DNA from: Botryllus schlosseri
Taxonomy: Eukaryota
Direction of reading: 5' to 3'
DNA length: 64,000 nucleotides
Assembly (NCBI GenBank): GCA_051294905.1
Contig: CM119375.1
Location: forward strand, 10,912,001 to 10,976,000
The position numbers were made by a program, and so were the translations under genes. The notes beneath the pieces were generated by a model that searched no databases, had not been told where the DNA came from, and saw nothing but the letters and a program-made list of their open reading frames with translations. Below, piece by piece: positions 1 through 11,475 of this stretch (position 1 is its first letter; every line of letters starts with the position of its first letter).

Positions 1-156
1 ACGGAGAAGTCGCAGGCGAGGATCAATTCCGTTTTCGACCAGCTGGGCGACACGGAGTTTTTGGAAAAGTTGTTCGAACCCGGCGGGCCGTACGCCGATT
101 CGCTTAAGAAAATGGCCGGCAGCATCAACGATCTAATAGAGGACGGGGTGTTGTGA
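1..156 (+). CDS. TNFAIP8: C-terminal fragment of a TNFAIP8/TIPE-family protein (gene starts before the window)
   Basis: Frame 1 reads TEKSQARINSVFDQLGDTEFLEKLFEPGGPYADSLKKMAGSINDLIEDGVL* (TGA 154-156). This aligns with the remembered vertebrate TNFAIP8 C-terminus ([51 protein letters not shown]). GC-rich, codon-like composition. Paralog not resolved. Confidence 0.85.
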   Translation, partial: TEKSQARINSVFDQLGDTEFLEKLFEPGGPYADSLKKMAGSINDLIEDGVL

Positions 157-1774
157 TGCTCTCCATGCGAGGTACTCTATTTCGTACGTTTTTAAGTGCT
201 GAAAGCTGGCCGCCGAGTCAAAGAGGATCACGCCCCGGGATCGTGATGTGTCCAGATGAACTATGAATTTGAGATGTCGTACGGAAGCGATGTGGAATCG
301 CTATTCCATGTCGTCCGCAGTGGTCTTTGAGGTGTATAACCGGGGTTGCCTATGCGTTTGCCTATGTGTTTTCCTTGGCGAACGTCTGAAGACTTGTTTA
401 CTTTATTGCTCCGTAACCGTTCTCGCCTGGGCTGGTGGATGGACGTATGCGTTGTGGTTCCATTCCAGCAGCAAATCGGCCCGTGCAATCAACTGTTACT
501 TTTTCAGCGACTTCAGTAACTCTTTGAATATATGTTTTTTTCGTGATACTCTAGATAAAATCCAAATTAGGCGCGTAGTGGGTTGTCGATAGCGATTTCT
601 CTTTGAAAGATTTAAAAACCTACGCCCAATTCTGTCAGTACTGAGTTACGAATATGTGGTCGATGCATTGTGTAGTCGTATGCAGTCTGTTAGATGTTCT
701 TCAAGAAGACAATGAGGCCCCATTTATGTTTTGTTGTATCTACGCGCCTGGTCATCTATATTTATTAAAACCAGCTCGTAATTAGTGTTTTTACAGTGTT
801 TCGCTTTCCTGTGACCATACTACCTTGGTATCCATACCAGCCATATCTGTATACCATGGTCTTGATATTCGAATAAGCATTACGGCAACAGTCTAACCCA
901 TGTCATGAGATTTTACTAGAACTAGTTAGCTAGTGGACTCGTATAGAAACCAGCATATGGCGGTAATCTCGGATGAACTATACGGTCTCGAATGCCGGAA
1001 GCTCTATTGCCAATAGACTAATGGGCAGTATGAACGTTCGTTTGTCACTTTACTCGCGTGTTCTCTCCTTCACCACACCACCTATATATCCATTGGAGCA
1101 AACTTCCATAGAATGCATTGTCAGTAAATGTTTGATCGCCATGATTTTGAAAGATATCACCTGGGAGATCTAGAGTTCTAGATATCCCTGGATATCACTA
1201 ACAGCACCCGAATGCCGAATTTGTATCTGAATTGAGTGTTACACTTTTTTCGCACAACTGCACTATAAAACTTGACATGTGGGCATAATATACATCTAGC
1301 GAAATTATCGTTCCTTTCCTGCCATCATCTCTTATCTGGCGCATGGTAAACTTGGTGAGATCACTGCACGAATCGGTGGTTGTTTGCATGTCGGTGTGCT
1401 GTCACCAACCTCCAGTGTAACTGTTCCGGTTACGCTCGCATATATTCTTCCGTGTGTGAGCAAGATGGAATTGCAATACTGCTTTTAATGGTTTAGTCAT
1501 TCAGTGGTTTCTGCTGTATAGCATATGCTGAAACGCTGTTTATCGAAAAAACGCTGTTTATCGAAAAACTCATGTTGGCAACTCTGCTTTGTCCTGTGAT
1601 GTAGTCGCCATTTTATATCTTATTTCAAGGACGCCTTTTATAGCGGCAGTGTCATGTCATCGTTGGATGTTTATTCGTTGCCTTGATGGACTACGAAATA
1701 TACTGATGTTTTCTTCGCGATGAATTGGTTTTATTTTGTGTTCCGGCGGTATGAAAAGTAGGGAGCGTCTAGTT

Positions 1775-2960
1775 CAGGGGTCTCCAACACGCGGCCCGCG
1801 GGCCGCATGCGGCCCGCGAGGTCCTATTTTGCGGCCCGCGACCTGATTTGAAAAAAATTCAGAAAAACGCTTAGTAAATCATGTTGAAACGCTAAAATTG
1901 ATTTCAGTTGAAACATAATGTTGTTGTTTTTCAAAGTGAGCCATTCTATGTGCCCACTATCACTATTACTCACTAGTTGATACGGCTTCGGCATGGTAAT
2001 ATCATTCCATGGATGAAGAATTTGCTGGTACGAATGGGCATATTGCCTTGACGTGCAATGGCCCACCACTGCCAAGACCGAGACGCCTGCAAAACGACTT
2101 CGGGCGCTCCAAAAGACCATGCTTTACGAGGAGATAGTTGTCTAGCAAGTAGGCCTACCGTGTATAGCTAACCCCAATATTGATTCTTCAATCCATGGGT
2201 GGCCAATCTGCAGCAGTAGAAGGGAAATTATGCGGCTGTCGACACTTGTAATAACAACCCTAAGTTTTCACAGATACCCCCTGCATCAGCTGTATCTGGG
2301 AATCTGATCACATTGGCCGAGAAAAAATAAATATTTTATAGTAATATGTGAAACTATACTAATATTTATTGACGAAATTCACTCATGAACATGAAAAATT
2401 TTTCGCGCTTCGCGCGACTACAGATTGGTTCTCTGTGGCTCTTTACAACATAACTACTAACGATTTGGTGCGCATAGTAAGCCGATATGTGCATATAGAT
2501 TAGTTCGGAGTGTACCGGCAATGGACATGGACATGATAACGTGGGTATTTGGCCCCAGCTAGTTTATCACGACTAACCACCGGTATGCGGCCGCAGGCTA
2601 CATGAGTACGCGAAATGCGGCCGTGAATTACAAAAATGTTGGCCACCCCTGTTTTAGCGGCTAAAGAGTGTTGTCATTGTCAGGTATCGTGTACAGCTCA
2701 TATAGTCCAAAATATAATGACATTGATGATCATGATACTTTTTGTTGTATTTGTGTTTGTTCAATAAAATATTAGTTCTTTTGTGGTGACTATAACCGTC
2801 GCCTATGTTAGAAAGCACAGCGTTGTAATAACGTAGAGTTATCAGACGTGATTGTTGAACTGCGTTGCCTACTTTTATATCGATATTGATGTCATGCGGC
2901 CCGCGGCCTCCAGGAATTTGGAAAAGTGGCCCGCGACCTATTTTGAGTTGGCGACCCCTG
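1775..2960. mobile_element. Non-autonomous hAT (Charlie/Buster-like) element
   Basis: Left end caggggtctccaac with gcggcccgcg subterminal repeats; right end gttggcgacccctg. Left flank gtctagtt; ctctagtt occurs 2 nt after the right end (imperfect TSD). Interior homologous to 8839-9515. Confidence 0.75.
2194..2651. mobile_element. Older hAT-type element nested in the 1775-2960 element
   Basis: Ends catgggtggccaa / ttggccacccctg. The segment is absent from the homologous copy at 8839-9515, whose empty site (ctttagtc on -) resembles both decayed flanks (cttcaatc, ttttagcg). Confidence 0.5.
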
Positions 2961-3144
2961 GACTCTAGTTAGTATGAAACCCGACCAAAAACAGTGACTG
3001 GAATTATAGGAACCGAACGATTTGGAAGCCGTCTCGGGCAATACCCCATCGCTACTGGAAATAGCTTGGTTTGTTGACTAGACCGACTCATTTGTTGGCA
3101 GGGGACGAGTGGACAACTGGACATGGGATAAACCAAACTATGTT

Positions 3145-4200
3145 TTCCTTCTCTGTGGTATTCATGGTGTTTGTCGACTACTACGGTCATTTACACCAGG
3201 CCGATATTCTTCATTTTTATTACGTAGCTGCCGTACGCACTGCCCACTTCCAGCTTTCTATAAGACACCGCCTACACCAGTGGTTCTCAACCGGGAGTCC
3301 GCGAAGCCTCAAAATAGTGTATAACCTAATTTGTATTTTATGAATTGAAAAATCACCAGGTAGTTTCGCTTCATTACTAGTAAAACTCCAGAGCTCACAT
3401 CAACAGAATGGCCGTCTGAGATAAAATATCCTACTGTGCAGACTTATTTTAATTGCTAAATTGTCAATATCCAACTGATACAAACATTTTGCTGTTTAGA
3501 GCTGTGTTCTTGGGGCTTAGGGGGGGGGGGGAAGTTGGATGAGTAAGGTCAATCACTGTGACTTCGAAATGTTTACAAAAATCCATTTTCTCTTGTGATA
3601 AACATAACAATTTTTTTCATGATAACTTCAAGATAAGCTGCTGGATAGAAATGACTAGGCTTGACGTCACATGTTCATTAAAAGAATTGCTTGTCAATTT
3701 TAGTGCCGTTGCGATCATACCCAAATGTGCCGTCGGAAGCGTTACGCGTTATTATTACATTCGCCACCACCTATATTTGTGGAAATGGATTTTCGGCACT
3801 CGTTCATATCAAATCGAAGGCGCGAATTTTCTAGACACGACCACATATTTCAAGAAGCGCAGTTGCAGAATTCGCTTTGAAATAATGGAAGTGAACCCAA
3901 TTTCTATATGAATAGTACATGATCTTATTTTCAAGAAAAGTCATTTTGTTGCTGTTTATCCACAAAGCCAACAGTTACCATTTGCACAAGACAAATGACG
4001 ATTGCATGATAATTGAGCTACATTTGAATTAATATTTCGTGGGGGTCTGCGGGGTCCGTGACGGTCCGAAAGGGGTCCGCGAAGACAAAAAGGTTGAGAA
4101 CCCTGGCCTACACGGATGACATAGCGAGGAGGAGCCTAGATAAACCTCCAATACTTTGGTAGAAATGCTGAAGTCGACATGGTTTCGTGATAGGCCGCTT
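3145..4200 (-). mobile_element. tRNA-derived SINE copy interrupted by the 3278-4105 MITE
   Basis: 3157-3277 and 4106-4180 match the SINE body and tail at 27400-27556 and 6380-6560 (ggtattcatggtgtttgtcgactact..ggtcatttacaccaggccgatatt; ggcgaggaggagcctag). Head degraded; boundaries approximate. Confidence 0.65.
3278..4105. mobile_element. hAT MITE, family A (~830-850 bp)
   Basis: TIRs cagtggttctcaacc / ggttgagaaccctg; perfect 8-bp TSD gcctacac (3270-3277, 4106-4113). Inverted copies at 52953 and 58801. Confidence 0.9.
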
Positions 4201-4620
4201 TGCCAGAGTATAGCGATAGGTTGACGCGTCTTCGTCGGTCTCATTATCAGTACATTTAATTACGCGAGATAGAAGGCTCTCGTCGCTGCATCTGTAGTTA
4301 TATTCATGGAGTTCAGCGTTGGATATCATTCTTCCAGGTGAAATGTAGGAGTACATTGAGGTAATCGCGGTGACTTGACATATTGGTGTATAGCAGGCCA
4401 TTGAAAGGTTGAATCTGGGACATCTCAAAAGTGGGAATTATCTGTTCTAATCTGAGCCAAGGAGAAATAGTGTAATCCGCCGAAAGGTCCAGGACTTTCA
4501 AGTCGTCCGTTTTGGAAGGTTGCGTTCATAGCTGTAGTCAGAATGAGCATTGGGAGCAATGATTCGTTATCAATTACTTGCCAACGCGAATCAACCATGA
4601 CGAAATGAACACATATAAAG

Positions 4621-5047
4621 CAGAGATGAGCATGGATTAGGATTAGGTTTTGAAAAAACAGGATTTGTGAAATTTTGTCGGATTTGGATTGGATTTGGAT
4701 TAGACATTTTTTTCAGAACGGATTAGGATTTGGATTGGATTTACCTATTTTCTGGGAGATTGAAATGTCGTGTGGCGAATGGCGACAAACTTTATTCAGA
4801 TCAGTTATTAATGTACTTATGGTTACTATAGGTTATCTTGAATCTAGTGAATCGTTGGCTGTGAAAAAATTTTTCGAATCCCACCTTTGCATAAATTAGT
4901 TTTTTTCTGAATTTCCAGGTGGAATCGGATTAGGATTGGACATGGACTTGAATATGAAAAAGTTATGGATTAGGATTTGGATTTGGATTTGAAGGTTCGG
5001 ATTTGGATTGGATTAGGACATAGAAATTTCAAATTCGCTCATCTCTG
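4621..5047. mobile_element. hAT MITE, family B (GGATT-rich)
   Basis: TIR cagagatgagc / gctcatctctg; perfect TSD atataaag; many ggatt(t/a) subterminal repeats. Inverted copy at 8158-8574. Confidence 0.92.
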
Positions 5048-6295
5048 ATATAAAGGCACACTGTCCGTATTGAAAATTTGGCAAGGTCCGAGCACGGCTC
5101 GTCTCCCTTGTCCTGTTACTGAATATCAACAGCTCACTAAAGCTCAGACTGGATGTGGAATACTAAACGCAAGCAAAATAAATAAATGTGTAGCATACTG
5201 TTGATTACTTTTCCATGCCATCGTAATCGTCATCTTGAAGATTTTTCTGTAATCGTCACCGCAATCCAGTAGTAGTAATCGTATTTTAATGAGGCTACGA
5301 TGATACAGTGATCGCCCCATGTTTGCTTGCAATGTCTTATTACTTATGTAAACTGCACGCATAGGTTGCCATTGCATGAAATCCTGCTTGATGCGGATTT
5401 GATATAGGAAGAATGGCGAAAGGATTATAGTGAGATACATCAAATATTTAAAGCATGAAAAAATAATTCTCATTTCAATTTGGGTTCAGATTTCAGTTCT
5501 TGTGCCAGCGCCAAATCATAGTTCGAATATCACCAGATTATCGGAAGTGGTGGCCCAAACTACCAGTTGACGATGTTAATGACCCCATCAGACAGTCTCT
5601 GGTTTGCTGATTTGCAGAACAGAAATTTACAGAAACGTCGGACAAGTACTCGAGTAGCCTAATAGGTAGTTTAAAAAGAAAAGACTTCATCGTGGGGTCG
5701 CACACTGAGAAGTTAATCGCAATTGGCTACTTTCGAAATTCCAACTAGTATGATTGCGATTAACGCACAATGATGGAACTGCAAAGAAGTGCTACAATAG
5801 GATATATATTTAGTTACTATGAAAAGGGTGTGATTCGTGCGTTTTTCACCCATTAAAGTGCGAAGTTTTCTCCCAATGCTTTCTACTTTTCAATAGCGCA
5901 AAAGTATGTGGTTTCACCGAAATAACTCTTCGAGAATAAGTAGATGTGGTTTAAACTTTAAAGCGTGGAGGCCGAGAGGCACTGGGGAGGCTAAACCACG
6001 ATGATGGATTGAGTACAAATATGTTTATGATGCCACTCGAACTTGTCGCCATTCCAGCGTGCTCTGCGGGAACACGGTGATTAAAATCATTGATCAATAT
6101 TCCTTACGAATAAGCAAGCGCAATTCTGTAAACCACGTCAGTAATGCGACGTGACGCTGGGTGCTAGACGCTGCCGATTTGAAAACATAAAATTGTGCGC
6201 CACGGGTCATCGCAGTTACAAAAATACGCAATGCACCAGTATACCACGTGTCCATGAGTGCACGATGGACGACGGTCGAACTCTGCTCACGCTTT

Positions 6296-6560
6296 GGCGA
6301 GATGGAAGAGATATGTTCCACAGCTGTAGCACTAATAGGATGGAAGTTGAGTCCGACCGCGGTCGACTCCAAATTCCTATATCGAAGTGTTGCAAAGGTT
6401 TATCTGGCCTTCTCCTCGTCATACGATCCGCGAATGACGTGTCTTACAAAACCCTGGAACGAAAGTTGGCGGTGCTGTCGGAATATTAGGATTGATAATA
6501 AGAAATATCGGCCTGGTGTAAAAATGACTAAGTCGAAATGCCATGATGACTAAAACAACA
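6296..6560 (+). mobile_element. tRNA-derived SINE, uninterrupted but diverged copy
   Basis: Begins ggcgagat; gagtccgaccgcggtcgactccaaattcc matches the tRNA-like head at 30930-31015(-). The 3' part aaatatcggcctggtgtaaa..tgac..agtcga matches the SINE tail at 27400-27470(-). Confidence 0.65.
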
Positions 6561-6643
6561 CTTGCTCACGCAGTCACTCTGTGCGTATCCCGGAAACGTG
6601 AATTGTAATGCAGCAATGCTGGTCGGATTATTCCATCTGTAAC

Positions 6644-7155
6644 TAGGGCAGGGCAAATTCGAGTACCTGGGTGATTCGATTCTGTATCATGTATTATGCT
6701 TCGAGTCGAGTCGAATTATTGACTATCGCTCATTATTACGTCATAACAGAATGAAAGATGTCCAAGTTCAAATATGTATATTTTATGTCATCACAAAGAA
6801 TATAATGCCTGTTATGCATCACACTAAAGATACTTGGGTACTTTTTCGGCCATACCGATTTCGTTGCACTTCGTGACAATGTTGTGGGATGATCAGGACT
6901 TCGGAAATGTGTTATGTCACGTAAAGTTCGTGGCTTTGTACTATATGTTTCGTATGTTGCGATGGACTTTGGTTTGAAGGCTTCCTGAGTGGAAAATAGT
7001 ATCGAAACTATAATTTTCGTTGATAAATTAACATGCAGTGGCGAGGAGCGTAGAATTTCAGTACTCGAAAAAATTGTCTTTTACTACTCGACTCGAATCA
7101 TTAAAATTAATTCTCGATTCAGATTCGAGTACTCGAATCATTGTGCACAGCCCTA
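6644..7155. mobile_element. hAT MITE (TAGGG termini, CTCGA/TCGAG repeats)
   Basis: Ends tagggcagggcaaattcgagtac / gtactcgaatcattgtgcacagcccta; TSD tctgtaac / tccgtaac (7 of 8). Confidence 0.8.
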
Positions 7156-8157
7156 TCCGTAACCCAGCACGAGGAATGAAGATATATGTGAGGATGTATG
7201 AGAGGCCCGATACAGGCTATCAAAATACTATAATATATAACAGTAGTCGGGAACCTATGGCTCTTTTGGGTACAAGATAGGGCTCTTCAACATTTTTTTT
7301 AATTTGTAACTAATACATCAAGATTGCAGCAAATTGTTAGTGAATCTTCATAACGGCCTGAATATTTATTCTCGTGGCAGCAAAAAAATATCTTTGACAG
7401 TTCAAGGCAATGCGGTATCCAGGGTTAGGGGCTCGTATTCCCCTTTTCTAAATCTTCAAATTTATGATGCTGTCGCGCCGGCGACTAACATCACTCGCGA
7501 ATTCGATGTACCCGACATCGCTCGCCTTGAAATCTTGGTTGATTGATCAACGAGAATATCGGACGTAGCGACGCTTGTATGATAATGCAGTTTTCAAATA
7601 CGTATTTTCTCCCTGATGTACGCCGAGAAATGAACTGCCTTGGAGGTGACATTCACAATTAGAAATTCAAATTCAAAACAAAGCCATAGCTATCCAATAT
7701 CCATGTTCTTGATTGGTAAGTAGCTGGCTAATACCGCGGTTAAAATGTAGGTAGGTGTGTAGCGCAACGTTTTGTTAGCCGAATGCTGAAGAAGTCGATC
7801 AATATTTAGATATTCGGAATCAGTGGAACAATAACATTTGATTAATATCAGAGATTACGAATTCTAAGCTATTTACGATGAGTTGCGCTATCACTAGTGA
7901 GGCTTGGCCTGTCTATGCCTTTCCTTTCGCGCATCACTTCGAGCAGAATTTGAAAATGCCTTGATTTTGGAAGTAAAAATGTTCAAAATCGAGTCATTCA
8001 CAAACATCCATAGAAAATACAAATAAAATATTGAAGGTTTCAAGTTGTGTACTGGTGTAGTGAGTAGTGACCCTGTTTGGCTCCACCAACGCATGTGAGC
8101 AGAAAAAATATGGTGCACACTACAAATCCCTTGTATTGGTCTCTTTGTGCTACCAAG

Positions 8158-8574
8158 CAGAGATGAGCGGATTTGAAATTTCTATGTCCTAATCCGATCC
8201 AAATCCGAACCTTCAAATCCAAATCCAAATCCTAATCCATAACTTTTTCATATTCAAGTCCATGTCCAATCTTAATCCGATTTTAACTGGAAATTCAGAA
8301 AAAATACTAATTTCTGCAAGGGAGGGATTCTTTCACAACCAACCATTCACTTGATTCAAGATAACTTAGTAACCGTAAGTACATTAATAACTGATCTGAA
8401 TAAAGTTTGTCGCCACTTGCCACACGACATTTCAATCTCCCAGAAAATAGGTAAATCCAATCCAAATCCTAATCGGTTCTGAAAAAAATGTCTAATCCAA
8501 ATCCAATCCAAATCCGACAAAATTTCACAAATCCTGTTTTTTCAAAACCTAATCCTAATCCATGCTCATCTCTG
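8158..8574. mobile_element. hAT MITE, family B, inverted copy
   Basis: Same cagagatgagc TIR; perfect TSD ctaccaag; interior is the reverse complement of 4621-5047. Confidence 0.92.
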
Positions 8575-8838
8575 CTACCAAGTACCAGTACGATACGAAT
8601 TTTCAATTGTGACGTTACAAGCTGGTTGACATTTATGGCTCTTTGGGAGTTAAAATTGAAAATATTGGGTCTATATGGCTCTTCGGTCGAAAACTGTTCC
8701 AGACCCCAGATATATAACTCGAAGTCATATAAAATGCCTCGCGTCACGAGCAGTTTTGTAATCAAGAAAGTGACGCTATGTCATGAAAAAATTGCGACGC
8801 GAGTCGGGTTAAAGTTGAGTCATGACTCTATTCAATTC

Positions 8839-9515
8839 CAGGCGCCGCCAACTCATAGCGGGTCGCAGGCCCCTTTTCAAATGTCGTAGAGGCCGCGGGC
8901 CGCATAAATTCAATATCGAGATAAAATAGGCCGCACAGTTTAAAAACCATGTTTATATAACGTTATGACAGTACAGCACTGTGCCCTCTAACAATGGGCG
9001 ACGGGCATGTTACCACAAAATACATAGTATTTTATGAAACACAAATAGGCCTACGTCGAAAAACATAACGATCATCACTTTCAGTCAATTTTGAACTCTG
9101 AGTTGCGCACGATACCGGACAACACATTTCTACGACTAAAGAATCGATTTGAGGGTTATAGCTAGACACGGTATGCCTACTTGCTGGAAAACTATCTTCT
9201 CGCAGATCTTGATCTCATGGGGAAGGCTCAAGTCGTATTCTAAGTGTCTGGGTCTTGGCAATATCTGGGCCATATCGCACGTCAAGGAAATATGCCCATT
9301 AATATCACTTAATTCTTCTGTGAAATGCTATTACCATCGCCGAAGCCGTATCAGCTAGTGAGGAATGTTGATGTTGCGTTGGACACAGGAGAATAGCTTA
9401 TTTCGATCAACAACAACAATGTTTTCAAACTGACATCAATATCATCATTTCAAAATGCTTCATTCTAAGCGTTCTTCCGAAATCTCAAATCAAGTCCCGG
9501 GCCGTAAAATATGAC
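8839..9515. mobile_element. Degenerate inverted copy of the 1775-2960 hAT element
   Basis: 8839-8930 matches rc of 2880-2960; 9130-9515 matches rc of 1830-2190 (e.g. ctcactag.tgatacggcttcggc). One terminus is lost. Confidence 0.7.
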
Positions 9516-10417
9516 CGTTACAAACTTGCCTACGACCAAACGATATAATCGGCTGAGCGCATATTCGAATCTAGCCGTCTATGCAGATGCGTGAAATATA
9601 TATCCATCCAGATCATGATATGGCAACTTTTTACTTCAAACGATCCTGTTTCTCTTTTCATTGTTTATGATTTGGCGATGTGAAGGTGGATTCTCTCTTA
9701 CTATCGTCAAGGGAGGCGTCTGGAAAACTTACGAAACTCATACATTAGTTATCCACGCCCGTTTGGGATGAATTGATCAACATATTTGTTTAGCTATTTC
9801 AGTTCCGAATTGGCAGAATTCCACACCAGACAATGCAGCTTCCACAGGGCAATACCACTTTCCGGTAATGTCGTTTTTCGTGTTCGTCTCATATCCTTAA
9901 CAATGGAGGAACTTTAGGTTGGCCAATTCAACTGAAGTGGATTTGACAGAGAAACAGATACGGCATCACAGTGCTTTTCAACCTTTAGGATGGCACGCAC
10001 TTCTGCGGATGGAAAAACTGCAGTGCGGACGACAAACGTGGAGCGGATGAGTGCGTATGCAGATTGTGCATATTTTTTACTTTTCTGACGTGGAATAATT
10101 CAAATAAACGTAATAGCTCTCTAACTTCTGCACAGCTAATCGAAGCTTTCACAATAATTTTGTCTCGCACGAGCAGCAGCAGGAGTGAATAAATATTAGC
10201 TCACTATTATTATATTCTTTATTCACAATAACACTGGTAAATACACACATATTGACGTATACTATCAAGATTTCAGTAGTACAGTCAAATTATTATTCCT
10301 ATGCAATACATGTAGATTACAGATTATTGAATTATTATTATTATTTCGCACTAAAAAGTCTGATTCGAGAGCAGATAAAGACCTGACCATCCAATGATCT
10401 AAGCACTAGAAGTTATT

Positions 10418-10762
10418 GTGCAAAACCCCACAATTAATTTGGCCGAAAAAGGGTTTAGTGAACTAATATTTGACTTCAAAGTGAGGGTAAGGAGTTGTCT
10501 TCTTGATGATATACTTGATGGCCCAATGCGGGGAGCTTTGGAGCAAGAAGGTGTGCCTATAGCCGGCCTGGAAATGTCAGAAATATTCAGCAGCAATCGA
10601 GTCATTGATGAACCGGAAGCCTACTTGTTGGAAATTTTGAATGACTTATGTGCGGATGATTTTACAAAAAATGTAAGTGCTCATTATTTTCAAAAGGTTA
10701 AAAAGCACTGGCGTGTTATCAAATGTGATGACCGAACAACACAACATTGGACGAACTCATAA
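10418..10762 (+). pseudogene. Possible death-fold (DED-like) coding fragment; orphan exon or pseudogene
   Basis: ORF FSELIFDFKVRVRSCLLDDILD...EMSEIFSSNRVIDEPEAYLLEILNDLCADDFTKNV has the hydrophobic spacing of a death effector domain. No ATG start (ORF opens at GTG) and no clear partner exons. Confidence 0.25.
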
Positions 10763-11475
10763 TATAATGGGCGATAGAAGCGTCTTCGCGCATCTCGAGC
10801 TCGTCACCGCCGCGACTACAATTACCTGGTATCATTACCCTTCGAAAGACACTTACCAGAAATGAACGCTTATAAAATCGACGGTAATATGAGCAGATAA
10901 ACTATGATGTAACACCTGAGCTTTTGAGACTCGGTATCGCGGGTGAAAAGATTTTGAGAGCTGAATTCGAAAGTTTTCTGTACGAATAAGACTGTTCGCG
11001 TTACGGTTTTCGGCAAGATGCGAGATACCATCATCATCATGATCAATATTTTATTAAATATTTTTATCATATCAAAACATCACAAGATTGCGATATAATG
11101 AAAAGCTAGGAGGCTGCTGAAACGATTTGGAGTAGTCGTTTAATCGGACACCAACCTGGGTATGACACGGATCGGCACAGGTAGGCTACCACACGTTAGA
11201 CATTCAAACAACAACATACAGTGTTAAAACAGTAAAATAGACGAGTATCGTTAATACTGCAGTATTATAAAAATTAAACGCCTCTACACATACGTTTTAA
11301 ACGTTGTTCACGCCTTTTCTTACTAAAAGCCCGATGGGACCTCCACTATTGATACTCGTCTTTTACAGTCTCTTCGTTCTGGCGAGCGAGACCAATATTG
11401 TTACGTGTGTCGATGTGGTCGATTGAGATCACAGCTAGAGCGGACGATCTGGCCACTGGATTATGGTGTCCTCTG

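Noticed and set aside
1531-1570. Short tandem duplications (also ~12215-12275)
   Set aside because: These are simple two-copy slippage events with no further structure.
8488-8889. 133-aa ORF beginning MSNPNPIQ
   Set aside because: It is translated from the AATCC repeats of MITE family B plus flank.
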